A DNA stretch of 64,000 nt, from contig CAZDJZ010000011.1 of NCBI GenBank assembly GCA_964505785.1, positions 5,568 to 69,567 of the forward strand, given 5' to 3'. The position numbers and the translations under genes were made by a program. Origin of the DNA: an uncultured Eubacteriales bacterium (lineage in GTDB: Bacteria > Acidobacteriota > Aminicenantia > Aminicenantales > Aminicenantaceae). Positions 9,213 through 20,225 of this stretch are shown one piece after another (within the stretch, counting starts at the first letter, position 1; each line of letters begins with the position of its first letter). The notes beneath the pieces were generated by a model. It was not told the DNA's origin, did no database searches, and saw only the letters and a program-made list of their open reading frames with translations.

Positions 9213-10619
9213 TTAACGCGGCTTTGATACACCGTGTTTTTTCAGCAGGGTATAAAGCCGGGACCGGGACAATCCGGATATTCTGCAGGACTGTTTGATA
9301 TGGCCCTTGGTAAAAGCCATCAGGTCTTGAAGATACCTTTTTTCCACCCTGTCAACAGCCAGGTCTCTCATGTCCTGAATAGGGGGCATATCTTCCAGGT
9401 TTTGATATCCGGAATATTCTTCCTCATCTCCGCCCCCGCTGTTCAGAGCCGATTTAAGCGCGGCAACCCGAATGTGGTCAGGAAGATGTTTGGGATAGAG
9501 CATCGGATCGTATTGAGCTGCGGAAATGGAGCGCTCCAAAGCCTGTATCAGTTCCCTTACATTTCCGGGCCAGGAATAGCTGGTCAGGATCTCCAGGAAT
9601 TCAGGAGAGGTTTTTTTTATTTCAGTTCCGTACTTCCGGCAAAATTTTTTCAGGTAATGGGAATGGATCTCAGGAATATCTGATTGCATCTGCCTCAGGG
9701 TGGGCAGCTCAATCACAATGGTCCTGAGCCGGAATAGCAAATCTTCCCGGAACCGGCCTTCTTCCACCATCCGGTCTAAATTTCTGTTGGTCGCAGAAAC
9801 CAAGCGGAACCGGCTGGTGATTTCTTTTTTACCTCCGACAGGTCGGAATTTTTTTTCCTGAAGCACCCGGAGGAAAGACTTTTGAATGGATAGCGGCAAT
9901 TCCCCTACTTCATCCAGGAACAAAGTCCCGCTGTCAGCTTGCTTAACCAGTCCGTCACGGTATTTATCCGCGCCTGTAAATGCGCCCTTGACATGTCCGA
10001 ACAGCACACTTTCCACCAGGTTTTCCGGCAAAGCCGCACAATCAACCACTACAAAATTATTTGCGGACCGCCCACTGTTATTATGAATAGCCAGTGCAAT
10101 CAGTTCCTTGCCCGTTCCGGTTTGGCCCGTGATCAAAACATTGGCATCGGTTTCAGAGGCCTGTGCGGCTTTATCCAGAGCAGACAACAATTGAGGATGG
10201 TTTCCAATAATGCCGTCACGGCTGATGGTTTCAGAGGATTTTCGGGGACCTTTTTTTTCCCGGTACTGGACTGCCCGGCTGAGAGCCAGCTTGATCTGGC
10301 GCGCGGAAGACGGTTTTTGCAAATAATCCCAGACCCCGCTTTTTATAGCCAATTCCGCCCCGTCCGGATCCCCAAAGCCGGTAATAATAATCACTTCCGG
10401 AGGGTCAGCTTGGGATTGAATCCGGGGCAACATGTCCAGCCCGTTTCCATCCGGAAGCCTTACATCTAAAAAAATCACATCGAATCCTCCGCCCGCAATC
10501 CGCTCCAATCCTTCTTCGCACGTCAACGCCTTTTCGGTCTTATGTCCGTCTTTTTCAGCTACGGCGGAAATAGCACGACTGACTTGGGGGTCGTCGTCCA
10601 CCACTAAAATTTGGGCCAT
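9213..10619 (-). CDS. sigma-54-dependent response regulator (NtrC/Fis family enhancer-binding protein)
   Basis: Receiver ([18 protein letters not shown]), AAA+ domain ([23 protein letters not shown]) and C-terminal HTH. The start abuts the stop of the upstream kinase with a 0-nt gap. Confidence 0.95.
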   Translation of the reverse strand: MAQILVVDDDPQVSRAISAVAEKDGHKTEKALTCEEGLERIAGGGFDVIFLDVRLPDGNGLDMLPRIQSQADPPEVIIITGFGDPDGAELAIKSGVWDYLQKPSSARQIKLALSRAVQYREKKGPRKSSETISRDGIIGNHPQLLSALDKAAQASETDANVLITGQTGTGKELIALAIHNNSGRSANNFVVVDCAALPENLVESVLFGHVKGAFTGADKYRDGLVKQADSGTLFLDEVGELPLSIQKSFLRVLQEKKFRPVGGKKEITSRFRLVSATNRNLDRMVEEGRFREDLLFRLRTIVIELPTLRQMQSDIPEIHSHYLKKFCRKYGTEIKKTSPEFLEILTSYSWPGNVRELIQALERSISAAQYDPMLYPKHLPDHIRVAALKSALNSGGGDEEEYSGYQNLEDMPPIQDMRDLAVDRVEKRYLQDLMAFTKGHIKQSCRISGLSRSRLYTLLKKHGVSKPR

Positions 10620-13301
10620 TTATTTTTCACCTTTTTTCTGATTCTTAGTTAAAACCGACCTTATAGACCGGGCTAACTTTGCCGTATCAACCGGCTTGGC
10701 GAGATATTTGGCAATTCCCGCTTTTTTCAATTCCTTCTCATTTATTTTTTCATTAAATCCGCTGATGAGAATCACCGGCATGTCCTTGTCTGCACATTTT
10801 ATCCTATGCGTCAATTCCAATCCTGTCATTTCCGGCATGGTTTGATCGGTTAAAATTAAATCATATTTTTCCGGATGCAATTGAAATTCGTTCAATCCCG
10901 CTGAAGGCGAATCGCTCGTCGTAACGGTGTATCCCAATTTTTCCAGGACCTTCTGCAGGCTTTTCAAAAGAAACGGCTCATCATCAATAACGTAAATATG
11001 CTCATTTCCCCCATGGAAGTCAAATGATTCCTCTTTCGTCTCTTGAACATTTTCATCGAGGGCAGGAAAAAACACGTTGAATGTTGAACCTTCTCCCGCT
11101 TCACTGTAAACATTGACTATCCCTTGATGTTTTCTGACTATACCATCCACAACCGCCAACCCCATTCCGGATCCTTCACTGGATTTTTTGGTTGTGAAAA
11201 AAGGATCAAAAATTTTATCAAATATCTTTTCAGGAATACCGCACCCGGTATCGGTTACACTTAGCTTCACGTAGCTGCCGGAGGTTAAGCTTGGATACAA
11301 TTTTATGATTTTCTGATTCAAGTGTATGGATTCCAAAACAACCTCGATTCTTCCCCTCTCATCTTCCAGTGCTTGGGATGCATTTGAACAAAGGTTCATT
11401 AAAACCTGATGTATTTGGGTGGGATTTCCATAAACAAGGTCGTTATCCGTTTGATAACAGGCATGCAGCTTTATGCCTGCCGGAATGGAAGCCTGCATCA
11501 GCCGCAAAGCTTCCTTAATAAGCGGAATAAGATGGACAGGCTTCATTTCATCCGGCTTCTGGCGGCTGAATGAAACCACCTGGTTCACAAGTTCTTTTCC
11601 CCGTTTGGAAGCGATAAGAACCTGTTTGAGATAATCCTTAACCTGATCATCGTCTTCAAGCTCCCACAAAGCCAGCTCCGTATTCAAAACAATCGGCATC
11701 AATATGTTATTCAAATCATGCGAGATACCGCCGGCCAGGGTTCCCAGCGCCTCCATTTTATGAGTTCTGCGTAAATATTTCTCCATTCTGACTTCGGCTG
11801 TGATATCCCGAAGCACCAGGACCGTAAAGAGAATGTTTTTGGAGCGGCGTGATTCTCTTATAGGAGATAAAAAAACATCAATATCAATTTTTTCGCCGTC
11901 TTTTTTTTGATAGGAGGTCTGCCCGCCAAAAACCGGCCTTTTTTTCTTATTGATATGCCCGGCTTCTTCAATATTTTCAATTAACTTCAAATCATCTATA
12001 GATTTTCCAATCAAATCTCCGGATGAAAAACCCAAGATATTTTCCAGCGCAGGATTAGCAAAAAGGATGTGCCCCCCGGTGTCATAGAGCAGAATGCCCT
12101 CCCGGATGTTAAAGACCGCGGCTGCCAGACGCCTGTTTTGTTCCTCCATATGACTGCGCCGAGATATATCCTGGACCGTGCCCACCATGCGGACAGGCTT
12201 TCCCTGTCTGTCCCGGATAACGGTTCCCCTCTCATGCAGAATTTTCTCCTTTCCCTGTGGTGTTTTTATCCTGTGTTCTACGGAATAAGGCTTCCCTTGG
12301 AAAAATGAATTCCGGATGGCCCGCCTGACTTTACTCTGGTCCTGGGAATAAACCAGGTCAAGAAATGATTTAAACGAAGGCGTGAATTTATCCGGATCAA
12401 CACCCATAATCCGGTAGATCTCCTCCGACCAAATGATCCGGCCGGAATCAATATTCCATTCCCAGTTCCCTAAATGAGCCATCTTCTGAGCCGCGGCCAG
12501 ACGTTTTTCACTTTGTTTGAGTCTTTTCTGGACCCGCTTTAAACCGGTTATATCCACAATAGAAAGAATGTGTTCCCCGGTTTCAGGAATCAAGGAAAAA
12601 GTGCCGATGAGAAATTTCATGGTTCCTCCGGCATCCACCAGGCGAAACTCTTCTTTCCAGGGAAGATATGCTTTTCCTGATTGAACCAGGTCGGATATGG
12701 GTTTAAATTTGGACCGATCCTCTTTGAAGATCAGCTCCAGCCATTTTTGCTTTCCCTCAATATGCGCCGCTTCCAATCCGGTCAGCCTCATGAATTGAGA
12801 GTTGGCTAATTGGATAGTCCCGTCCGAATTGAACAGGCATTTAGCGGTTCCGGTTCTTTCAAAAATTGCCCTGTAACGGGCTTCTGATTCAAGAACCCTG
12901 TGGTAAGCCTTTACTTGATTCCTCTGCAATTGAATATTCTCGGCTTCTCTCTTTATGACCGAGATGAGGCGTTCAGGAATATCTTTTTCAATAATATCCA
13001 AAATGCCAACCTTCATGGCTTGGCGGATTCTTGCTTTATCCGCGTTTTCGGCTATTAGAATGAGCGAAATATTTCCCGTATTATTTTTTATTTGTTCAAT
13101 CGCCTTATCATCACTGAAGGGAGCAGCATCCACATCCAGGATCAATATGTCAAAAGATTTCTTCAGCTTATCCTGCAAATCCCCAAACTCATTGATGGAA
13201 TCCACCACTCCGTGAATCCCGTCTGAATTGAGATGTTCGCGGATTAGCTCTAAGGTTTCCCCATTTACGCCTGCAAATAGAATGTTGATTTCAGTGAACA
13301 T
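10620..13301 (-). CDS. hybrid sensor histidine kinase (N-terminal receiver-like domain, PAS repeats, HisKA-HATPase, C-terminal receiver)
   Basis: 893 aa. H-box GGISHDLNNIL, ATPase boxes (DTGCGI, GSGMGLAVV), several PAS-like segments and a C-terminal receiver (IYVIDDE...ILTDQTMPEMTG...LAKP). Confidence 0.92.
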   Translation of the reverse strand: MFTEINILFAGVNGETLELIREHLNSDGIHGVVDSINEFGDLQDKLKKSFDILILDVDAAPFSDDKAIEQIKNNTGNISLILIAENADKARIRQAMKVGILDIIEKDIPERLISVIKREAENIQLQRNQVKAYHRVLESEARYRAIFERTGTAKCLFNSDGTIQLANSQFMRLTGLEAAHIEGKQKWLELIFKEDRSKFKPISDLVQSGKAYLPWKEEFRLVDAGGTMKFLIGTFSLIPETGEHILSIVDITGLKRVQKRLKQSEKRLAAAQKMAHLGNWEWNIDSGRIIWSEEIYRIMGVDPDKFTPSFKSFLDLVYSQDQSKVRRAIRNSFFQGKPYSVEHRIKTPQGKEKILHERGTVIRDRQGKPVRMVGTVQDISRRSHMEEQNRRLAAAVFNIREGILLYDTGGHILFANPALENILGFSSGDLIGKSIDDLKLIENIEEAGHINKKKRPVFGGQTSYQKKDGEKIDIDVFLSPIRESRRSKNILFTVLVLRDITAEVRMEKYLRRTHKMEALGTLAGGISHDLNNILMPIVLNTELALWELEDDDQVKDYLKQVLIASKRGKELVNQVVSFSRQKPDEMKPVHLIPLIKEALRLMQASIPAGIKLHACYQTDNDLVYGNPTQIHQVLMNLCSNASQALEDERGRIEVVLESIHLNQKIIKLYPSLTSGSYVKLSVTDTGCGIPEKIFDKIFDPFFTTKKSSEGSGMGLAVVDGIVRKHQGIVNVYSEAGEGSTFNVFFPALDENVQETKEESFDFHGGNEHIYVIDDEPFLLKSLQKVLEKLGYTVTTSDSPSAGLNEFQLHPEKYDLILTDQTMPEMTGLELTHRIKCADKDMPVILISGFNEKINEKELKKAGIAKYLAKPVDTAKLARSIRSVLTKNQKKGEK

Positions 13302-13325
13302 CTTTTCAATGAACGGAAAGGCCTG

Positions 13326-14720
13326 TTATCCCTTTCCTGTTATAGCTTCCACCTCTTTTATTGTCTTGGGAATAGGTTTTCGCCCTAAAACCCGTCCGCC
13401 GGATTCCGTGACCAGGACATCATCTTCAATGCGGATGCCGCCGAAATCACGGTATGTATCCACTTTGTCATAATTAATGAAATCACGGAATTTGTCTTCG
13501 CTTTTCCACTTGTCAATGAGCGCAGGAATGAAATAAATTCCCGGCTCTACCGTAAAGACGAATCCCGGTCTGAGATCCCGGGCAAGCCGCAGATAAGCCA
13601 ATCCGAATTGATCACTCCGCTGCACGTTTTTATCATATCCAACGTAATTTTCACCCACATCTTCCATATCATGCACATCCAGCCCCATCATATGTCCTAA
13701 TCCATGAGGCATGAACAGAGCATGCGCACCCTGGGATACAGCCTCGTCCACATCCCCCTTCATAAGATTCAACTGCTTCAATCCTGATACGATCACTTGA
13801 GCCGATTTTAGATGAATTTCTTTATTCTTTTTCCCCGGCCTTATGTCGTCAATCGCAGCCAGCTGGGAATCCAGGACAATCTGATAGATATCTTTTTGCT
13901 TCTCCGTAAATGTCCCTCCGACCGGAATGGTGCGGGTGATGTCGGATGCATAATGCATGGGCGATTCGGCACCGGAATCATTGACTAGCAACCGGCCTTT
14001 TTCCAATTTATTGCTGTGGTCGTGATTATGCAGGATCTGGCCGTTGATGGTTAAAATAATGGGGAATGCCGCATTCCCCCCATGAGATAAAGCAATCCCC
14101 TCGATCACCCCCGCGATCTCATATTCAAAAATCCCTGGAAGGGCCATCTTCATGGCAGTAGTATGCATATCATACGATGCATCCAGTGCGAGCTCAATCT
14201 GTTCGATTTCTTCCGGGATTTTTTCCGACCGCTGTGCGACCACCGCTTTAACCAAAGCTTCGGATGCATAGTCTTGGACACTTTTTTCCTTGATTCCCAG
14301 AAAATCTTCCAGTTTCATGACGGTTTCCGGCCGGTATGGGGGTAGAAAATGAATGGGCTTGCCTTTTGTGCGTGCAGCTTTAAGCATTTCCCCTAATTCA
14401 TCCAGGGGGGAGGTTTCTTGAATGCCGGCGGCTTCCGCTCTTTGCTTCAGGAGGGGTTGGTGTCCCATCCAAATCACATCTTCCATATCCACATCATTTC
14501 CGAAAATAATGTCGCGGTCCTCATCGATATCAATGACTCCAGCCAGGCCCGGAAAATCCAATCCGAAGAAATATAGAAAAGAACTGTCCTGGCGGAAGTG
14601 ATAGGGATTGGCCGGATAATTCATAGGAGTTTCCTCATTTCCGAGGAACAAAACCAACCCATTCTTCACTTGTTTTTTCAATTGATTTCGTCTTTTTGTG
14701 TACACAGAGGCGTCAAACAT
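13326..14720 (-). CDS. pepP: Xaa-Pro aminopeptidase (aminopeptidase P, M24B)
   Basis: HGLGHMMGLDVHD, FTVEPGIY and IRIEDDVLV metal-ligand motifs, plus an N-terminal AMP_N-like domain. Confidence 0.9.
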   Translation of the reverse strand: MFDASVYTKRRNQLKKQVKNGLVLFLGNEETPMNYPANPYHFRQDSSFLYFFGLDFPGLAGVIDIDEDRDIIFGNDVDMEDVIWMGHQPLLKQRAEAAGIQETSPLDELGEMLKAARTKGKPIHFLPPYRPETVMKLEDFLGIKEKSVQDYASEALVKAVVAQRSEKIPEEIEQIELALDASYDMHTTAMKMALPGIFEYEIAGVIEGIALSHGGNAAFPIILTINGQILHNHDHSNKLEKGRLLVNDSGAESPMHYASDITRTIPVGGTFTEKQKDIYQIVLDSQLAAIDDIRPGKKNKEIHLKSAQVIVSGLKQLNLMKGDVDEAVSQGAHALFMPHGLGHMMGLDVHDMEDVGENYVGYDKNVQRSDQFGLAYLRLARDLRPGFVFTVEPGIYFIPALIDKWKSEDKFRDFINYDKVDTYRDFGGIRIEDDVLVTESGGRVLGRKPIPKTIKEVEAITGKG

Positions 14721-14944
14721 GTTTTCTCCTTTTTTTTACTCTTGTATGATTACCGTCTTATTCACTAAACATTTTCCAGCGGAAATTTCCACTGTGTAAT
14801 CAACCGGTTCAGCCAAGCGGCATCGTTTGCTTTTCAACACCAGCTTCAAGGTTACGGTATTAAAATTTTTCCGTCCTTCAGCATGGCATTTATTCATATT
14901 ATCGCTTTTTCTATCGACTATGGCAATGCCGACGTTACGACGAA

Positions 14945-14979
14945 GTCTAAGATTTCCTCCGCATCGCTCCGGGGATGAC
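14945..14979. repeat. family-B half element (GTCTAAGATTTCCTC...GGGGATGAC)
   Basis: Matches the right arm of the long-hairpin family B (compare 57349-57395). It lies in the pepP-sdaA spacer. Confidence 0.5.
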
Positions 14980-15039
14980 AAACGGGGTCGCTTTCATCAT
15001 TCAGGATGTATAATATTTTATAACAATCAAAAAAAATGA

Positions 15040-16593
15040 CTATTCGGCCCTGCGCCCGCCTAGGCGCGGCAGTTTAAGCGCGGATGGCGTCACTGCGATT
15101 CCGCCTTTAGATGTGCACCGCAATTCAGACGGCAGCATGCATCCCACTGAATAAACTGCATCAATGGTTTCATCCAAAGGAATAGGGTTTACATAGCCGC
15201 CGCAGATTAAATCAGCGCATATCATAGCCGATGAGGCTGCGGCTGCATTCCGGGTATGGCAGGGAATTTCACACAAACCCTGGACCAGATCACAAACCGA
15301 TCCCATTGTATTCTGCAAAGAAATCGCCGCGGCACCCGCTGCTTCTCCAGGTTCCCGGCCCGCTGCTTCCACTACAGCCGCCGCACCCATAGCGCCGGCG
15401 GCTCCGATTTCCACCTGGCATCCGGCTACTTCCGCTGCAAACGTCGCCCGCATGGCGATAATCAGTCCGACCGCGCCTGCGGCGAACAAACATAATGCTG
15501 TCTGTTCTTCATTCAGATCGAATTCTTCCTTAAGAGTAACGATTAGTCCGGGTATCACTCCTGCTGCACCGCCGGTGGGCGCTGCGCATACGACCCCCAT
15601 GCTGTTGCTGACATGCAGGGCCGCCAAAGCCCTTGCAGCCGCCCGGGAGTGAAGGCCGCCGACAGGAAGATGTCCCTGCTGACTTTCCGACCAGACCACA
15701 TGAGCCATAGGCTCCAGCAACTGCATATCGATATCCTTATCCCGCAGCCCCTCCTTCACCGAATCCAGCATAATTCTGTAGCGGCGAATCATTTCATCCA
15801 CGGCCTCCTGTTCGCTGAGACCGAGCAGCCGGGACTCATATTGTAAGGCTGCCTGACCTAGTGAAATCCCCTGATCCTCTGCATACGCAATCATTCCGGC
15901 TGCACTCTCAAAAAGGGGGGTTCCTTTTTTCATATAAAAAACCGGACTGGAGGTAAAAATCTTATTGATCCCGGCAAGATCAAGAACTTTTTTGATCAGA
16001 TTGTCCGGAAGCGGCACGGTCCCTTGGTAATGAACGGCAATCCGGCTGTGGTTTTCCAATCGATCTTTCAGGTCAACCGGGACGGCACACAGAATCTGAT
16101 CGAGTTTTGCTTCATATCCGCCTTCACCTTCAATAAGATAATCATAGGACTTTCCATCCATAAGTATATCCCAGCCATCCACTCGCGAAATTTCGATCAG
16201 CCCTCCTCCCACGGAACGCGCTTCCACATCCAGGATGGACCCGTTCTTTCCGGTCATTTGGATAAGAACAGCGTTGGGATGTTTGTCCGTCAAATTGGAA
16301 ATGCGGAAAGTCAGTTTAATTCCGCTCGCTTCCGCATGCGTCAGCGCCGACTTAAAACGATCATCAGTAATATTCCAGTTCATAAGACCGGCGGCTAAAG
16401 CCAGGTCCACGCCCTGCTGGGTGTAAACTTGAGAATAAGACCCGTCCGGATCAAATGTGAAAACAACTTTTTCAGGTTTTTCCCCAAGAAGGGACCGGCT
16501 GATACGGCCGATCCGGTATGAACCGGCCGTATGCGAACTTGAAGGTCCCCGCATAACCGGGCCCAGCACATCATTGAAGATGCTGATAAACAT
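15040..16593 (-). CDS. sdaA: L-serine ammonia-lyase (iron-sulfur dependent, single-chain beta+alpha)
   Basis: N-terminus MFISIFNDVLGPVMRGPSSSHTAG is diagnostic of Fe-S L-serine dehydratases. Ala/Gly-rich alpha domain. Confidence 0.9.
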   Translation of the reverse strand: MFISIFNDVLGPVMRGPSSSHTAGSYRIGRISRSLLGEKPEKVVFTFDPDGSYSQVYTQQGVDLALAAGLMNWNITDDRFKSALTHAEASGIKLTFRISNLTDKHPNAVLIQMTGKNGSILDVEARSVGGGLIEISRVDGWDILMDGKSYDYLIEGEGGYEAKLDQILCAVPVDLKDRLENHSRIAVHYQGTVPLPDNLIKKVLDLAGINKIFTSSPVFYMKKGTPLFESAAGMIAYAEDQGISLGQAALQYESRLLGLSEQEAVDEMIRRYRIMLDSVKEGLRDKDIDMQLLEPMAHVVWSESQQGHLPVGGLHSRAAARALAALHVSNSMGVVCAAPTGGAAGVIPGLIVTLKEEFDLNEEQTALCLFAAGAVGLIIAMRATFAAEVAGCQVEIGAAGAMGAAAVVEAAGREPGEAAGAAAISLQNTMGSVCDLVQGLCEIPCHTRNAAAASSAMICADLICGGYVNPIPLDETIDAVYSVGCMLPSELRCTSKGGIAVTPSALKLPRLGGRRAE

Positions 16594-16604
16594 GGATTTT
16601 CAGA

Positions 16605-19600
16605 TCACTTTTCCGCCATTTTGCGATAAATTTCATATCTTTCCCTGGCCTTTTCAGCGGCTTCTTTAAACAGGGTTTTGGCCCGTTCCGGATACTGCTG
16701 TTCCAATGTGCGGTAACGGATTTCATTTTCCAAAAATTTATAATAGTCCAATTTCGGCTCTTTTGAATCCAACGTGAACGGGTTCTTGTTTTCATCAGCG
16801 CGTGCGGGATTATAGCGGTAAAGGAACCAATACCCGGAATCTACAGCCAATTTCTCTTCCTGCTGAGTTTTGGTCATATCCAAACCATGGTTAATGCACG
16901 GTGAGTATGCGATGATCAGCGAAGGACCGTCATAGGCTTCGGCTTCCAGAAAAGCCTTTAAGCATTGATTCTGGTTGGCGCCCATCGCGACGGATGCCAC
17001 ATAGACATATCCATAAGTCATGGCCATCCGGCCCAAATCTTTTTTGATGGTGGGTTTTCCGGCTGAAGCAAACTTCGCCACGGAACCCATAGGCGTAGCC
17101 TTGGAGGCCTGGCCCCCGGTGTTGGAATACACTTCCGTATCCAGCACCAGAACATTCACATTTTTTCCTACAGCCAGCACATGGTCCAGTCCGCCGTAAC
17201 CGATGTCATAGGCCCAGCCGTCGCCGCCAATGGACCAAACACTTTTTTCTACAAAATAGTCTTGGAGCTCCACAATTTTTTTAATCACCGGGCGCGTTTT
17301 ATCCGGCGCCTTTTCCAGGGCTTCTGATAAAAGTTTTTTAGTGGCCTGCGCTGCGGCATGAGCTTCTGCATCCACGGACTGCCAAAGGTCCTTATTCTTT
17401 TTTAATGCCGCGGTTAATTCATTTGTCGTTCCCATTTTCAGCAATGTGTTTATCTTGTCCAGCAGCTGACTGCGATTGGAATCAACGGCCAGGCGCATCC
17501 CAAAACCGTACTCCGCGTTGTCTTCAAAAAGAGAATTGGCCCAAGTGGGTCCCCGGCCGTCAGTATCTTTGCAGTACGGCACCGTGGGAAAGGTTCCTCC
17601 CCAGATGGACGAACAGCCTGTTGCATTCGCGATGACCATCCGGTCACCGTAAAGCTGAGTAGCCAGCTTAACATAAGGCGTTTCTCCGCATCCGGCACAG
17701 GCCCCATGAAATTCCAGATAAGGCTGCAGGAATTGACTGCCCTTGACCGTTGTGCGTTTGACACCGTCCAGAACATTATAAGGAAGCTTTTCAAAGAACT
17801 CTTCCCGTTCTCTTTCTCCGGATTCCCTGGCGTCCTCAATAGGTATCATTTCCAGCGCTTTTTCCTTGGCGGGACATACCTCGACACAATTTTCGCAGGC
17901 GACACAGTCATCGATATATACTTGAAGCCTGAACTTTAAGTCCCGGTCGTTTTTGGTACGGGATTTGAGTGTGGTGAATCCATCGGGTGCATCGCCTAAT
18001 TCTTTAGGATCAATCTGCTTGGTACGGATCGTGGCATGGGGGCAGACCATCACGCATTGATTGCACTGGATACAGTTATCCGGAATCCATCGCGGCACCT
18101 CGGGAGCGACTCCCCGTTTCTCCAATTTAGCGGTTCCGGTAGGCACCGCTCCGTCCAGCGGCATCTGGGAAACAGGAATGATATCGCCATTAAAATGCAT
18201 GGAGGGATCAATGACGTTCTTAGCAAAATCTGAGGCGTCGTCAGGAATCAATTTTCCTTCAGCGGCTGATTGGGTGATTTTTCCGGGAATCGGAACCTCT
18301 TCCAGAGCGTCAACCGCTCTGTCCACAGCCTCCCAGTTCATCTTGACAATGTTTTCACCTTTCTTCATAAAGGTTTTTTCGATGGCGGATTTGATCAGTT
18401 TAATCGCCTTTTCTTCCGGAAGGACTCCTGAAATCTTGAAAAAAACGGCCTGCATGACCGTACTGATCCGGTTGCCCAGACCAACTTCGTGGGCGATTTT
18501 CAAGGCATCGATGTTATAAACTTTAATTTTCTTTTCCAGAATGGTTTCCTGCATATCCCGGGTCAGGTGATTGAATACATCCTTCGCGTCCCATTTGGAA
18601 TTCAGCAGGAAAATCCCGTTTTCTTTCAGACCTCCTAAAATATCATAGCGTCCGATATAGGAATCTTTATGCAAAGCCACAAAATCAGAAGTGTTCAGGA
18701 GATACTGGGATTGGATCTTCTCTTTACCGAATCTCAAGTGGGAAATGGTGACTCCGCCGGATTTTTTCGAATCATATTGAAAATATCCCTGCGCGTACAT
18801 ATCCGTGTTGTCGCCGATAATCTTGATGGAATTTTTGTTGGCGGAAACCGTGCCGTCAGATCCGTAACCCCAAAATTTGCAGCGGATGGTGCCTTCAGGT
18901 TCTGAATCCAGCGGTTCACCGACAGCAAGCGATTTATGGGTGACATCATCGTTGATCCCCACTGTAAAATCATGAACGCCGTCTCCGTCCAAGCGGTCAT
19001 ACACCGCCTTGACCATGGCGGGTGTAAATTCTTTGGATGACAATCCGTAACGGCCGCCGATAATCTTGATGTTCCGTCCGGACAGGGCAACGGCTACATC
19101 CAGGTAAAGTGGCTCGCCGATAGCTCCCGGTTCCTTGGTCCGGTCTAAAACTGCGATTTTTTTCACAGATTCAGGAATTGCATTTCTAAGAGCTTCAACA
19201 GAAAAAGGCCTGTAAAGCCTGACCTTAACCGCTCCGACTTTTTCACCTTTGCCGGTTAGATAATTGACTGTCTCTTCAATAGTTTCCACTGCGGAACCCA
19301 TCGCTACAATAACTTTTTCCGCTTTGGGGTCTCCGATATAATCAAAAAGATGGTAGCGCCTTCCGATCTTTTCTCCAACTTTATCCATATATTCCTGGAC
19401 GATTTCCGGAGCGGCCTGATAGTACTTATTCACTGTCTCCCGTCCCTGAAAATAGACATCCGGGTTTTGAGCCCCAACCTTTAGAAACGGCCGTTCCGGA
19501 TTCATTGACCGGGACCGGAACTCTTCCACATATTGCATCTCCACCATTTCCTCGAGGGTTTCATATGGAATCATTTCCACCTTTTGGATTTCATTGGAAG

Positions 19601-20156
19601 TGCGGAACCCGTCAAAAAAGTGCACAAACGGAATCTTGGATTTCAGTGTGGCCAAATGGGCCACAACAGCTAAATCCATCGCCTCCTGAACCGAACCGGA
19701 CGCCAGCAGGGCAAACCCTGTGTTCCGGGCGGCCATGACATCGGAATGATCTCCGAAAATAGACAAGGACTGACAGGCCAGAGACCGGGCCGACACATGA
19801 AACACAGTCGGAAGCATTTCACCGGCTATCTTATGCATATTCGGCAGCATCAGCATCAAGCCCTGTGAGGCCGTAAACGTGGTGGTCATAGCACCCGCGG
19901 ATAAGCTCCCATGCACAGCACCGGAGGCTCCGCCTTCGGACTGCATTTCCACCACATTCAATTTTTGGCCGAAAATATTTTTTCTACCCTGGGAGGCCCA
20001 GGCATCGGCTAATTCTCCCATAAGCGAAGAGGGAGTGATGGGATAGATCGCCGCCACCTCACTGAAAGCATAAGCCACGTGAGTCGCCGCGGTATTCCCC
20101 TCAATGGGTTCATACTCTTTTTCGTTTTGTAATCTTTTTTTCATTTTTTCAGACAT
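16605..20156 (-). CDS. nifJ: pyruvate:ferredoxin (flavodoxin) oxidoreductase, single-chain NifJ/Por type
   Basis: 1183 aa. Two ferredoxin-type motifs (CIQCNQCVMVCP, CVACENCVEVCP) and a TPP-binding region (GGDGWAYDIGYGGLDH). Confidence 0.97.
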   Translation of the reverse strand: MSEKMKKRLQNEKEYEPIEGNTAATHVAYAFSEVAAIYPITPSSLMGELADAWASQGRKNIFGQKLNVVEMQSEGGASGAVHGSLSAGAMTTTFTASQGLMLMLPNMHKIAGEMLPTVFHVSARSLACQSLSIFGDHSDVMAARNTGFALLASGSVQEAMDLAVVAHLATLKSKIPFVHFFDGFRTSNEIQKVEMIPYETLEEMVEMQYVEEFRSRSMNPERPFLKVGAQNPDVYFQGRETVNKYYQAAPEIVQEYMDKVGEKIGRRYHLFDYIGDPKAEKVIVAMGSAVETIEETVNYLTGKGEKVGAVKVRLYRPFSVEALRNAIPESVKKIAVLDRTKEPGAIGEPLYLDVAVALSGRNIKIIGGRYGLSSKEFTPAMVKAVYDRLDGDGVHDFTVGINDDVTHKSLAVGEPLDSEPEGTIRCKFWGYGSDGTVSANKNSIKIIGDNTDMYAQGYFQYDSKKSGGVTISHLRFGKEKIQSQYLLNTSDFVALHKDSYIGRYDILGGLKENGIFLLNSKWDAKDVFNHLTRDMQETILEKKIKVYNIDALKIAHEVGLGNRISTVMQAVFFKISGVLPEEKAIKLIKSAIEKTFMKKGENIVKMNWEAVDRAVDALEEVPIPGKITQSAAEGKLIPDDASDFAKNVIDPSMHFNGDIIPVSQMPLDGAVPTGTAKLEKRGVAPEVPRWIPDNCIQCNQCVMVCPHATIRTKQIDPKELGDAPDGFTTLKSRTKNDRDLKFRLQVYIDDCVACENCVEVCPAKEKALEMIPIEDARESGEREREEFFEKLPYNVLDGVKRTTVKGSQFLQPYLEFHGACAGCGETPYVKLATQLYGDRMVIANATGCSSIWGGTFPTVPYCKDTDGRGPTWANSLFEDNAEYGFGMRLAVDSNRSQLLDKINTLLKMGTTNELTAALKKNKDLWQSVDAEAHAAAQATKKLLSEALEKAPDKTRPVIKKIVELQDYFVEKSVWSIGGDGWAYDIGYGGLDHVLAVGKNVNVLVLDTEVYSNTGGQASKATPMGSVAKFASAGKPTIKKDLGRMAMTYGYVYVASVAMGANQNQCLKAFLEAEAYDGPSLIIAYSPCINHGLDMTKTQQEEKLAVDSGYWFLYRYNPARADENKNPFTLDSKEPKLDYYKFLENEIRYRTLEQQYPERAKTLFKEAAEKARERYEIYRKMAEK

Positions 20157-20225
20157 TTATTAGCTCCTATGATTGCAATTAATTGGGATACGCCTGTGAA
20201 TATTACAGAGCGCAATTTCAACCCG

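Noticed and set aside
14736-14981. 81-aa minus-strand ORF in the pepP-sdaA spacer
   Set aside because: It starts at a non-ATG codon and has no convincing RBS or recognisable family. Its 5' part is translated family-B repeat DNA (gtctaagatttcctc...ggggatgac at 14945-14979).
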